Made by a program: the position numbers and the translations under genes. From Candidatus Methanomethylophilaceae archaeon (lineage in GTDB: Archaea; Thermoplasmatota; Thermoplasmata; Methanomassiliicoccales; Methanomethylophilaceae): DNA of 64,000 nt. Below, piece by piece: positions 19,483-27,977 of this stretch; within the stretch, counting starts at the first letter, position 1, and each line of letters begins with the position of its first letter. The stretch spans positions 384,001-448,000 of the forward strand of contig JBMNHS010000001.1 of NCBI GenBank assembly GCA_050950505.1, in the 5' to 3' direction. The notes under the pieces were generated by a model, which saw only the letters and a list, made by a program, of their open reading frames with translations, was not told the origin of the DNA and made no database searches.

Positions 19483-19561
19483 GTCCCTACCTTAAGTGGA
19501 ATTGAGATAAATCCTTTCGGTAATCGGAAAGGATGTTAAACGGTACCATGTATAACGTACC

Positions 19562-19620
19562 GCCACGGTGATGAACGTTTTCGGGCTGTTTCTTGATGAT
19601 AGACGGGCGAGCTGAGTGGC
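19562..19620 (+). ncRNA. Box C/D 2'-O-methylation guide sRNA
   Basis: Terminal stem GCCAC/GTGGC, C box GTGATGA (19568-74), D' CTGT (19586-89), C' TGATGA (19594-99), D box CTGA (19612-15), guides of 11 and 12 nt. TTAAA about 25 nt upstream. Confidence 0.88.
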
Positions 19621-19659
19621 ATCCTTATCAATAGATGTAAATAAGCTTCCAGGGATTCC

Positions 19660-20958
19660 GTGATTATGTGCGCAGTTCTCCAGGTGGCTCTCGACATTAT
19701 GCAAATCAGCCGCATGCTGCCGATAGCCAGAGATGCCGTGGAAGGCGGAGCCGACTGGATAGAAGCAGGTACGCCTCTGATCAAAAGCGGAGGCGCGGAT
19801 GCCATAAGATTGCTCAGAAAGGAGTTTCCCGACAGGAAAATCGTCGCGGACATGAAAACCATGGACGTGGGTGCGTTCGAAGTTGAAATCGCGTCCAAAG
19901 CCGGCGCCGACATAGTCACCGTGATGGGATTGGCGGATGATTCCACAATTTCCGAAGCCGTGGCCGCCGGAAGAAAGTACGGCACGGAAATCATGATTGA
20001 CATGATCAACGTCCCCGACAAAGTAAAACGATCCGAAGAAGTTTCCGAACTGGGGGTTTCATACATTTGTCTTCACATGGGAATCGATACCCAGATGAGG
20101 GGGGAGGCCCCTCCTCTGAAGATTCTTGAAGAAGTCGTCAAGAACGTGGAGATACCCGTGGCGGTCGCGGGAGGCATAACCGCGGAAACCGCCGGCGATT
20201 ACGTCAAATCCGGAGCTTCCGTCATAATAGTCGGCGGAGGAATCCTGAAGTCCAAGGATATCGTGTCCTCGGCGGCGGCCGTGAAGAAATCCATGGAAGG
20301 CATCGAAGTGGAAACGGCGTTGGCCAAGAAATACACCGAGGACGAACTGTTCGAAGCTTTCTCAAGGGTCTCCACCTGCAACATTTCCGACGCATATCAC
20401 AAAAAAGGAATAATTCTGGGTCTGACCCCGTACATCAAAGACGGCGAAAAAATGGTGGGACGGGCTCTGACCGTTCAGACCGCCAACGGAGATTGGGCCA
20501 AACCCGTGGAAGCCATCGACAGAGCGTCTCCCGGCGACGTAATAGTCATCGACGTCGGAGGGGGATGGATGGCGGTCTGGGGAGAATTGGCCGCAACGTC
20601 GGCCATGGTCGCGGGATGCGCCGGAGTGGTCATCGACGGGAACATACGGGATATAGACGACATCAGGAAGATGGGATTCCCCGCCTTCGCGAGGAACGCC
20701 GTTCCCTGCGCGGGAGAACCGAAAGGGTACGGAGGAATCGGAATCGAAATCAGCGTTGGCGGACAATGGGTCCGCACCGGGGACTGGATTATCGGCGACG
20801 AAAGCGGTCTCATTGTGGTTCCCAAGGAGGACGCGGTGGAAATCGCAAACCGTGCCTTGGACATCCACGAGAACGAAAACCGCACAAGGGAAGAAATCCA
20901 GAAGGGTTCCTCTCTTTCGAAGGTCAACGAGATTTCCAAATGGGAACCCGTTAAGTGA
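19660..20958 (+). CDS. hxlA: 3-hexulose-6-phosphate synthase fused to an RraA/MenG-like domain
   Basis: LQVALD, IEAGTPLIK, ADMKTMDVG, HMGID, AVAGG. C-terminal STCNISDA, AVWGELA, IDGNIRD, GDWIIGDESG. Confidence 0.9.
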   Translation: MIMCAVLQVALDIMQISRMLPIARDAVEGGADWIEAGTPLIKSGGADAIRLLRKEFPDRKIVADMKTMDVGAFEVEIASKAGADIVTVMGLADDSTISEAVAAGRKYGTEIMIDMINVPDKVKRSEEVSELGVSYICLHMGIDTQMRGEAPPLKILEEVVKNVEIPVAVAGGITAETAGDYVKSGASVIIVGGGILKSKDIVSSAAAVKKSMEGIEVETALAKKYTEDELFEAFSRVSTCNISDAYHKKGIILGLTPYIKDGEKMVGRALTVQTANGDWAKPVEAIDRASPGDVIVIDVGGGWMAVWGELAATSAMVAGCAGVVIDGNIRDIDDIRKMGFPAFARNAVPCAGEPKGYGGIGIEISVGGQWVRTGDWIIGDESGLIVVPKEDAVEIANRALDIHENENRTREEIQKGSSLSKVNEISKWEPVK

Positions 20959-20959
20959 T

Positions 20960-21868
20960 TCAGTACCTGTAATCGTAATTCTTCACGTATCTTCCGTATT
21001 CGGCCGCCATGTCCGAAAGGCGCTTGATTCTGTCCTTGGTGTCGGGGTGGGTGCTGAACAGAGTTTTGGTCAGAGACTTCTTCCTTCCTTCGGGATTGGA
21101 AATCCATACCGGGCCGTAAGCGGGATTGTTGTAATTGTTTCTCGGACTGCTGCAGCCCTGTTCGATTTTGATCAACGCGTTCGCCAGCGCATCGGGTTTC
21201 CTGGTAAGTCTTGCGGCAGACTCGTCCGCGAGATATTCCCGGTTGCGGGATATTCCCAGTTGTACCAGCAACGCGGCGAAAGGCAAAATCATGTAACCGA
21301 CCACGGCGACGAGGCTCACCAGAGGATTTCGGTTATCATCGTTGCTGAACATCGTCGCGTACATCGCGAACCGTGCCAGATAGGCGATGATGGCGGATAC
21401 CGAAGCGGCGACGGACATGACAAATATGTCCCTGTTTTTGACATGGGATATTTCGTGGGCGATGACGCCTTCCAATTCCTCGTCGTTGAGCATGTCCAAC
21501 AATCCTCTCGTCGCCACCACGGCGGCATCGCTGGGGCCTCTTCCCGTGGCGAAGGCGTTTGGCATGTAATCATTGGTGATGCCGACTTCCGGCATCGGGA
21601 TGTTGGCCATCATGGATACGTTGCGGACGATTCTGTACAGACGGGGTTCTTCGGCTTCGGTAACCAGTTTTACCCGGTTGGACCTCAGCGCCTGCTTCTT
21701 TGAAAACAGGGTTGAGGATATTATCATCATGACGGCAAGTACAGTCATGAATGCCAGTCCCAAAACCGGACTGTTGAAAGAGTAACCTATGATCCATCCC
21801 ACCGCCGCAAGCAACGTGGTGAGAACCGTGAACATCAAAACCGTTCTGAGACGCCATTTCCAATTCAT
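20960..21868 (-). CDS. htpX: Zinc metalloprotease HtpX (M48)
   Basis: PNAFATGR, HEISH, SRNREYLAD, LFSTHP, TM helices. Confidence 0.95.
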   Translation of the reverse strand: MNWKWRLRTVLMFTVLTTLLAAVGWIIGYSFNSPVLGLAFMTVLAVMMIISSTLFSKKQALRSNRVKLVTEAEEPRLYRIVRNVSMMANIPMPEVGITNDYMPNAFATGRGPSDAAVVATRGLLDMLNDEELEGVIAHEISHVKNRDIFVMSVAASVSAIIAYLARFAMYATMFSNDDNRNPLVSLVAVVGYMILPFAALLVQLGISRNREYLADESAARLTRKPDALANALIKIEQGCSSPRNNYNNPAYGPVWISNPEGRKKSLTKTLFSTHPDTKDRIKRLSDMAAEYGRYVKNYDYRY

Positions 21869-22644
21869 TCCGCGTCCGCCTCCCTGAGTCCCAATCTGAA
21901 ATCCAATTTATCACCGACAACGAATTCTTTGACGCCTTCCAGAGACAGAATCTCCCTTAGTCTCAGCGCACCTTTCGGTCCGGTGCAGTGATTTAGGTAC
22001 AGATCCTGACATTCGGCGTCCCTTAGAACTTCCGCGGTCATGTATGATATATCTTTCGGAACTTTCTCCAGGTGAAGGCCTCCTATCAGAGTCCTTGGAT
22101 ATTCTCCGAATTTTTCTTTAACCGATTCGATAACCGCTTCCGCGCCGCAGTGACAGCATCCGCACAGCAGAATCGGGCGTTTCCCGCCCGCCAACACCAT
22201 AAAAATCTCCGAACCGCCGTCAGCGTCAAAGGGAGGGGTGAGAAACAGATGTTTGCTCAGTTGCGTCCAACCCCCGACGTCATGTCTCTCGCATTTCGAT
22301 TCGGTGTTTTTGCTCAGGACGATTCCGTCTTTGGAAAATCTTCCTTTCTTTCCCCAGGCCTCGGCCGGGGCGTAAACCGGAATGGATTCCTCGCGTTCGG
22401 ACAACAGGTATCCCAAAGCTCCGGCGTGAGATCTGTGACCGTGGGATATCACGGCGCGGGTGACGGAATTCACGTCTATCTCAAGATGTTCCGTATTGTG
22501 CTTGAGATAACGTCCCCTCATCCCGGTTCCGAACAACGTGCGTTCCCCGTCGACTTCCACCAACAGGGAAAGTCCTTTGGCTCCTATGTAAGGGGTGCCG
22601 GGCTGGGAACCTTCGTTGTAGACACAGAGCACACTTGCCTTCAT
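21865..22644 (-). CDS. MBL-fold metallohydrolase (COG1237-like)
   Basis: GLSLLVE, ISHGHRSH, GCCHCG, IGGLHL, NHCTG. Start at MKASV preferred. Confidence 0.82.
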   Translation of the reverse strand: MKASVLCVYNEGSQPGTPYIGAKGLSLLVEVDGERTLFGTGMRGRYLKHNTEHLEIDVNSVTRAVISHGHRSHAGALGYLLSEREESIPVYAPAEAWGKKGRFSKDGIVLSKNTESKCERHDVGGWTQLSKHLFLTPPFDADGGSEIFMVLAGGKRPILLCGCCHCGAEAVIESVKEKFGEYPRTLIGGLHLEKVPKDISYMTAEVLRDAECQDLYLNHCTGPKGALRLREILSLEGVKEFVVGDKLDFRLGLREADAE

Positions 22645-22805
22645 GTCCGAGGGTAATCCTCTGCTGTTCAAATAACTTATCAGGAACATAAACGGAGGGA
22701 ACGATTCGTTACAACCGTTGTACGTTCTTCAAACGGTATTCGAGCGCACCGAATTCTTTTTGAGATTTTCATGAGGCGGTTTATTCGATCGAATTCGTTC
22801 TTTAA

Positions 22806-23645
22806 TCAGGAACGGTACATTTCATTCGGAATGTCTTCGCAGATTCTGTAAACGTTTTCAATCGTCATTTCACCGTTGACCAGCATCGCTTTGATTCTCT
22901 TGGGAACCGTGTTCACGGACATTCTTGCGCCGGGTTTTTCCGGATCGTCGTAATAATCGGTTTCCAGCATGAACCTGTCGGAACCCTTTCCGATCGCTTC
23001 ACGGATGTAGTTTCTGGATGCGGGAATCGACGGCATCACTCCGTAATTCTCCTCTTCGGTGACGAAGGGCGGGGAGGAATGTTTGATTACCTTGTTTACG
23101 TCCAATCCCGCTTTCTTGGCTATTTCGGACAGAGACAGATTGGTTTCCGTGGTTCCGGCCTCACTGTGTATGATGACCGGACAGTCATTCTCTTTTGCTA
23201 CGGACATTCCGGCTTCCAAAATATCGTTTGACGCGTCCCAGATTTCTTCCGGCACGGGAAAATGGGGTCTTCCGATTTCTCCCATGGCCTGCGCTTTTCC
23301 TTCGGCGACGGCGTTTCCGGCGATTTCCATGCCTTCGATCATTATTTCAACGGCATCGTTCAAACCGTATTTTTCGGCTAAACCCAACAGCAGAATCGGA
23401 TACGGTCCGACGGCAACGTTGATTTTCATATCCGTATGTTCTTTCACAAGGGAAGCCATTCTGTAAGTGATTTCAAAAGAATCGAGAAAATCTTTGGAAG
23501 AATCGATCTGAACCTCTTTGTACGGAAGCGTCACAAGAGTGAATCCGGTGCCTCCGGCGGCCCGGAACTCACGGATGGCGTCGATGTTCCGTCCCGAGGG
23601 TGCCATATGGATATGATTGTCGTATATCGGAATGTTTTCCGCCAT
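22806..23645 (-). CDS. TatD-family hydrolase (archaeal)
   Basis: DNHIH, GEIGRPHF, IIHSE, IKH, MLETDY.DDP..PG. Confidence 0.9.
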   Translation of the reverse strand: MAENIPIYDNHIHMAPSGRNIDAIREFRAAGGTGFTLVTLPYKEVQIDSSKDFLDSFEITYRMASLVKEHTDMKINVAVGPYPILLLGLAEKYGLNDAVEIMIEGMEIAGNAVAEGKAQAMGEIGRPHFPVPEEIWDASNDILEAGMSVAKENDCPVIIHSEAGTTETNLSLSEIAKKAGLDVNKVIKHSSPPFVTEEENYGVMPSIPASRNYIREAIGKGSDRFMLETDYYDDPEKPGARMSVNTVPKRIKAMLVNGEMTIENVYRICEDIPNEMYRS

Positions 23646-23699
23646 AGGTCTCCTTAGCCGCGGACAAATAATTATACATTCCCCGCACTAAGACGGTGT

Positions 23700-24923
23700 A
23701 TGGACAGGGACTCCCGGTTTCTCCTGAAATGCGTCAGGAAATATTACATGGAAAACTCTCCGACGTTGCCGGACCGTTTTACCCGCAGGGAGTTCGGATT
23801 CATGCATTTCGGGAAGAATATGATGCAGAGGCACATGTCCTTCCCCAACAACAACGAACTGTGGAGATTCCTGGCCTCGAACGTTCCCGCCCATTGTTAT
23901 TATTCGACGGCATACTACAGGCATCCTGACGCCCCCACCATGGAAGAGAAGGAATGGCTGGGAGCGGAGCTTATTTTCGATTTGGACGCCGATCATCTCG
24001 AGGGTGCGGAGAAAATGACCTATCCCGAGATGCTGCGGCACATCAGGACGGAAATGATCAAGTTGTGCGATTCCTATCTTTTCGGGGATTTGGGATTCGA
24101 TTATGACGATGTGCACATAACCTTCTCCGGAGGACGGGGGTATCACGCCCACGTGATGATGGATGACGTTCTTACGTTGGGTTCCCACGAGAGAAGGGAA
24201 ATCGTGGATTATGTGATGGGTTCGGGTTTGGACACAGATTGGGTTTTCCCATTCAGACGGGTACCCATTTCGACTTTCGGCACCGGTGCCGGCAAAAGGG
24301 CGAACATCGCGAAGGATCGGGAGATTCCCTCCGAGAATTCCGGAGGATGGAAGAAGAGGATGAGGGACGGATTGAAAACCGTGGTTGACGATTTCTGCGA
24401 AATGGATTCAAAAACCCTCCGTCTGGCATATCCTTCTCTGAAGACCAGTCAATACAAAACCGTGGAGAACGTTCAGAACGACGTCAGAAAATCCCGAAAA
24501 ATACTTTTCGAGAAAAACAACATGGCCACCATGGGACGGACTTCCCAGGAAATGCTGATTCGGGTGATGGACAAGGATGTGCGTCCCCGGATAAGCGGGG
24601 ACGTGGATGCCCCCGTTACCGCGGACATCAAGAGACTGATACGTTTGCCTCATTCCATTCACGGAAAAGGCGGTCTCAAAGTCATTCCTCTTTCAAGGGA
24701 CGAACTGACGGATTTCGAACCTTTGGAGATGGCCGTGCCCAAAGAATATTCCGACGATCCGGTGGAAATCACTTTGAGAGAACCGGTGAATTTGAAAATA
24801 AAAGACGAACGTTTCGTTCTCGAAGGGGAAACGGAAGTACCGGAATACGCCGCGGTGTTTCTCATCGGACGGAGATACGCGTCTCTGGGACACAGTTCCG
24901 AAATGAAGGACAGGTTATTCTGA
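23700..24923 (+). CDS. priS: DNA primase small (catalytic) subunit
   Basis: RREFGF, YYSTAYY, LIFDLDAD, FSGGRGYH, DAPVTADIKRLIRLPHS. Confidence 0.96.
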   Translation: MDRDSRFLLKCVRKYYMENSPTLPDRFTRREFGFMHFGKNMMQRHMSFPNNNELWRFLASNVPAHCYYSTAYYRHPDAPTMEEKEWLGAELIFDLDADHLEGAEKMTYPEMLRHIRTEMIKLCDSYLFGDLGFDYDDVHITFSGGRGYHAHVMMDDVLTLGSHERREIVDYVMGSGLDTDWVFPFRRVPISTFGTGAGKRANIAKDREIPSENSGGWKKRMRDGLKTVVDDFCEMDSKTLRLAYPSLKTSQYKTVENVQNDVRKSRKILFEKNNMATMGRTSQEMLIRVMDKDVRPRISGDVDAPVTADIKRLIRLPHSIHGKGGLKVIPLSRDELTDFEPLEMAVPKEYSDDPVEITLREPVNLKIKDERFVLEGETEVPEYAAVFLIGRRYASLGHSSEMKDRLF

Positions 24924-25742
24924 AAAGCAGCAGCACATTTCTTCACGGAATATTTCGTATCCTTCGGACTTTGCCCAAAGTTCGGTTTCCAAGGACATGT
25001 TGGCAATCTTTCTCACTCCTTCTTTTATTGCCCGTTTCTCAAGAGTCCTCATTCTCCGGTCGCGCATGCATCCCAACGTAACCGTGAATCCCATGTCAAT
25101 CAGAAACCTTACCGCGTCCACGACTCCGTCTTCGGTCAAATCGTTGTTTTCATAAGGGGTTCCTTCCGTGGGAACCAGAGCCAGCAAAACGATGTTTTTG
25201 ATTCCTTTCTCTTTGACCAAACCTGCGCTTTCTTTCAGATCTGCGTCTGAAAGTCCCACGGTCAGATGGGGCATTACGTCGCATCCCGCGGACAACGCCG
25301 CGTTCAACGTATCCCTATAGACTTCCGGACCTTTCAGTTTGAAAACATCTTTTATGATTTTCGGATCCTGATGAACATCGACGGACAGACAGACTCCGTT
25401 CATTCCGGAAAACAGAACAATATCATCCTCTGTCATGATTCCGGGGTGAAGGTTGACTTTCAGGCCTGAATCGGATATCTTGCGGATTGTCGGCAAATAA
25501 CCGCGCAACGGAACCTTGCCGTCTTTGTCGCAGCCTCCGCTTATCAGAATGCCGTTCCCGGAGGGACGGAGATCTGCCGCGATATTCAGTAAATCGTCCG
25601 GACTGCGGACAGACAACATCCCCTCAAGATATTTGCCTTGACAATGAGAACAGTTCAACCGGCATTTCCCGCCGGTGACGGAAATACTGAGAAACTTTTT
25701 TCCGAGAGAACATGAAGTCAGTTTATCCTTGGGAATACCCAT
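24915..25742 (-). CDS. Radical SAM protein, LipS1-like (COG1856)
   Basis: ISVTG..CRLNCSHC, ISGG, LGCMR and C-terminal CCC. Confidence 0.8.
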   Translation of the reverse strand: MGIPKDKLTSCSLGKKFLSISVTGGKCRLNCSHCQGKYLEGMLSVRSPDDLLNIAADLRPSGNGILISGGCDKDGKVPLRGYLPTIRKISDSGLKVNLHPGIMTEDDIVLFSGMNGVCLSVDVHQDPKIIKDVFKLKGPEVYRDTLNAALSAGCDVMPHLTVGLSDADLKESAGLVKEKGIKNIVLLALVPTEGTPYENNDLTEDGVVDAVRFLIDMGFTVTLGCMRDRRMRTLEKRAIKEGVRKIANMSLETELWAKSEGYEIFREEMCCCFSE

Positions 25743-25795
25743 ATATTACCTAAAGCTTTATTAGTTAAATATAATTCACGAGATTGGTAATCATT

Positions 25796-26023
25796 ATGAA
25801 AGCATTCCTTATAAAAGGCGATTACGCTGACAGGAGACAGGGAAGACAGCCTTTTTCAGTTGAGATGGCCGCCGCCGATAAAGCCGCCGTTGAAGAAAAA
25901 GCCCTTTCCACCCTGGGAAGCCAGCACAAACTCAAAAGATGGGAAATCAACATCTCCGAAATCACGGAGATGAAACCCGAAGACGTGACCGACCCTGTTG
26001 TAAAATACCAGATCGGTGAGTGA
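25796..26023 (+). CDS. rpl18a: 50S ribosomal protein L18Ae/LX
   Basis: LGSQHKLKR..INISEI. Classic rpl18a-pfdA-ftsY synteny. Confidence 0.9.
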   Translation: MKAFLIKGDYADRRQGRQPFSVEMAAADKAAVEEKALSTLGSQHKLKRWEINISEITEMKPEDVTDPVVKYQIGE

Positions 26024-26444
26024 GATGGAAGAGAGGGACCTACGTCAGGCAATGCTTGTCCTTGAGTCCTACAAGGAACAGATGGATGCGTTGGGTCAGC
26101 AGATGGCAATGCTGCAGACCTCTTTGGAAGAATCCGTCAGGGCAAGAGAAACCCTCAAAGCGTTCAAGGACGCCGAAGAGGGTGATGAGATCCTTGTACC
26201 CGTAGGTGCTTCGGTATTCGTCACCGCCAAGGTTACCGACAAGAGAGAAGCCCTTGTCGGCATAGGCAACAAGATTTCCGTGGGCAAGGAACTTCCGGAG
26301 GCGGAAGAATTCATGAGCACGGTGGTCATCGAACTTCAGGAATCCCTGAAGAGAATCAGCAATACGTATTCGGAAATACAGACTGCGGCGAACAACCTCG
26401 CGGCGGCCGTGAATGCCGAATACGAATCAAGGCAGAATATCTGA
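26016..26444 (+). CDS. pfdA: Prefoldin alpha subunit
   Basis: Coiled coils flanking EILVPVGASVFV..LVGIG. ATG 26025 is an alternative start. Confidence 0.92.
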   Translation: MSEMEERDLRQAMLVLESYKEQMDALGQQMAMLQTSLEESVRARETLKAFKDAEEGDEILVPVGASVFVTAKVTDKREALVGIGNKISVGKELPEAEEFMSTVVIELQESLKRISNTYSEIQTAANNLAAAVNAEYESRQNI

Positions 26445-26448
26445 ATCC

Positions 26449-27522
26449 ATGTTCAACGGTCTCAAAGGCAAACTGAAGGGATTTTTCAAAAGGACTCCCA
26501 AAGACCTAGAAGAAACGGTCTACGGGGACGAAGAGAAACCTGAAGAGACCGATGCCGTAGAGGATGTTGAAATTTCGGAACCCGAACCTGAGAAGAAGCC
26601 CAAACTCTCACGTCGTGAAAGGATAAAGGCGGAAAAGGCTCAGAAGAAAGAAACCGAAGATCTTTTGGACGGGGACTTCGGAAAAAGAATCAAGGACAAG
26701 GATTTGGAATCCGTCCTCGACGAATTGGAAATCATACTTTTGGAAGCGGATGTTGCTTTATCCGTTGCCGATGAAATAAAAGAAGGGGTTTGGAAAAACC
26801 TTACCGGTAGAAAATACAGCAGAAAATACCGTTTGGACGAAATCGTCGAAATGGCCGTACGGGATGCCGTTCACGAAGTTCTTAAAATCAATTCCTTCGA
26901 TTTTGATGAATGGATACAGGATATCGAGAAACCTGTCGTGGTTATGTTCGTCGGCATAAACGGAACCGGCAAAACAACGGCCATAGCCAAAATGGCCAAC
27001 CGTCTGCAGAATGACGGCAAGACGGTTGTGATGGCGGCCTGTGACACGTTCAGAGCCGGCGCAATCGAACAACTGTCCGTGCATGCCGAACGTCTGGGCA
27101 CCAAAATCGTTAAACACGGTCAGGACGCGGATCCTGCGGCCGTTGCGTATGACGCGATAGAACATGCCAAGTCAAGAAGAAGAGATGTGGTTCTCATCGA
27201 TACCGCGGGTCGGATGCAGACGAACAACAACTTAATCGAAGAAATGAAAAAGATATCGAGAATCGCCAAACCCGATCTGAAGATATTCGTCGGTGATTCT
27301 CTCGCGGGCAACGATGCCGTGGAACAGGCGAAGGTGTTCGATGCCGCCATAGGCGTGGATGCCATCATTCTGACCAAAATAGACACCGACGCCAAAGGCG
27401 GTGCTGCGTTGTCCATCGCACATACCATCGGCAAACCGATTGCCTTCGTGTGTGACGGTCAGGAATACAAAGACATCCAGAAATTCAACGCACAATGGAT
27501 GTTGGACCGTCTGTTTGATTGA
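26449..27522 (+). CDS. ftsY: Signal recognition particle receptor FtsY
   Basis: GINGTGKTT, DTFRAGAIEQL, DTAGR, TKIDTDAKGG, acidic N-terminus. Confidence 0.97.
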   Translation: MFNGLKGKLKGFFKRTPKDLEETVYGDEEKPEETDAVEDVEISEPEPEKKPKLSRRERIKAEKAQKKETEDLLDGDFGKRIKDKDLESVLDELEIILLEADVALSVADEIKEGVWKNLTGRKYSRKYRLDEIVEMAVRDAVHEVLKINSFDFDEWIQDIEKPVVVMFVGINGTGKTTAIAKMANRLQNDGKTVVMAACDTFRAGAIEQLSVHAERLGTKIVKHGQDADPAAVAYDAIEHAKSRRRDVVLIDTAGRMQTNNNLIEEMKKISRIAKPDLKIFVGDSLAGNDAVEQAKVFDAAIGVDAIILTKIDTDAKGGAALSIAHTIGKPIAFVCDGQEYKDIQKFNAQWMLDRLFD

Positions 27523-27907
27523 ATGTGCTTCAATGACAGATTTTTACTTCATAGCCACCGGCTCACGTACAGATGTGAATTCTGAACGTTTGAAACTTTG
27601 TCGTATCTTTGATTGACGTTTAGATTGAAGAGGATCTTCCGCATTTGACATTGATTCGTTAAACGCGTTCCTTGCATAAAACATTAAAATGACACGGAAG
27701 CTCTTCCTATGGTCAAAATCATACAGTCTACCATCAAGATAACTGGACGTTTGAAGATTATGAATTGTAAAACTACAGATTAATTTCTGACTATCGGCGT
27801 CAACTCAGGTGCCGCATATTCGATTATTTGTAATAAAACGAATGACAATTATCAGAATTAACTCTCAATAATTTTTAAGAATAAAATGGGAATGAAAAGA
27901 GTTTGTT

Positions 27908-27945
27908 GTCACGGACACAGTCGCAAAAGCGATTATGCCCGTGAC
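27908..27945 (-). terminator. Stem-loop downstream of the surface-protein gene
   Basis: GTCACGGACACAGTCGC-AAAA-GCGATTATGCCCGTGAC: 17-position imperfect stem, followed on the minus strand by T-rich runs. Confidence 0.55.
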
Positions 27946-27977
27946 TTAAGCTAACACTGAAGCTTCGTTTCGAAACT

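Noticed and set aside
19660-20958. HPS-RraA fusion as a novel architecture
   Set aside because: This fusion is already known from methanogenic and other archaea.
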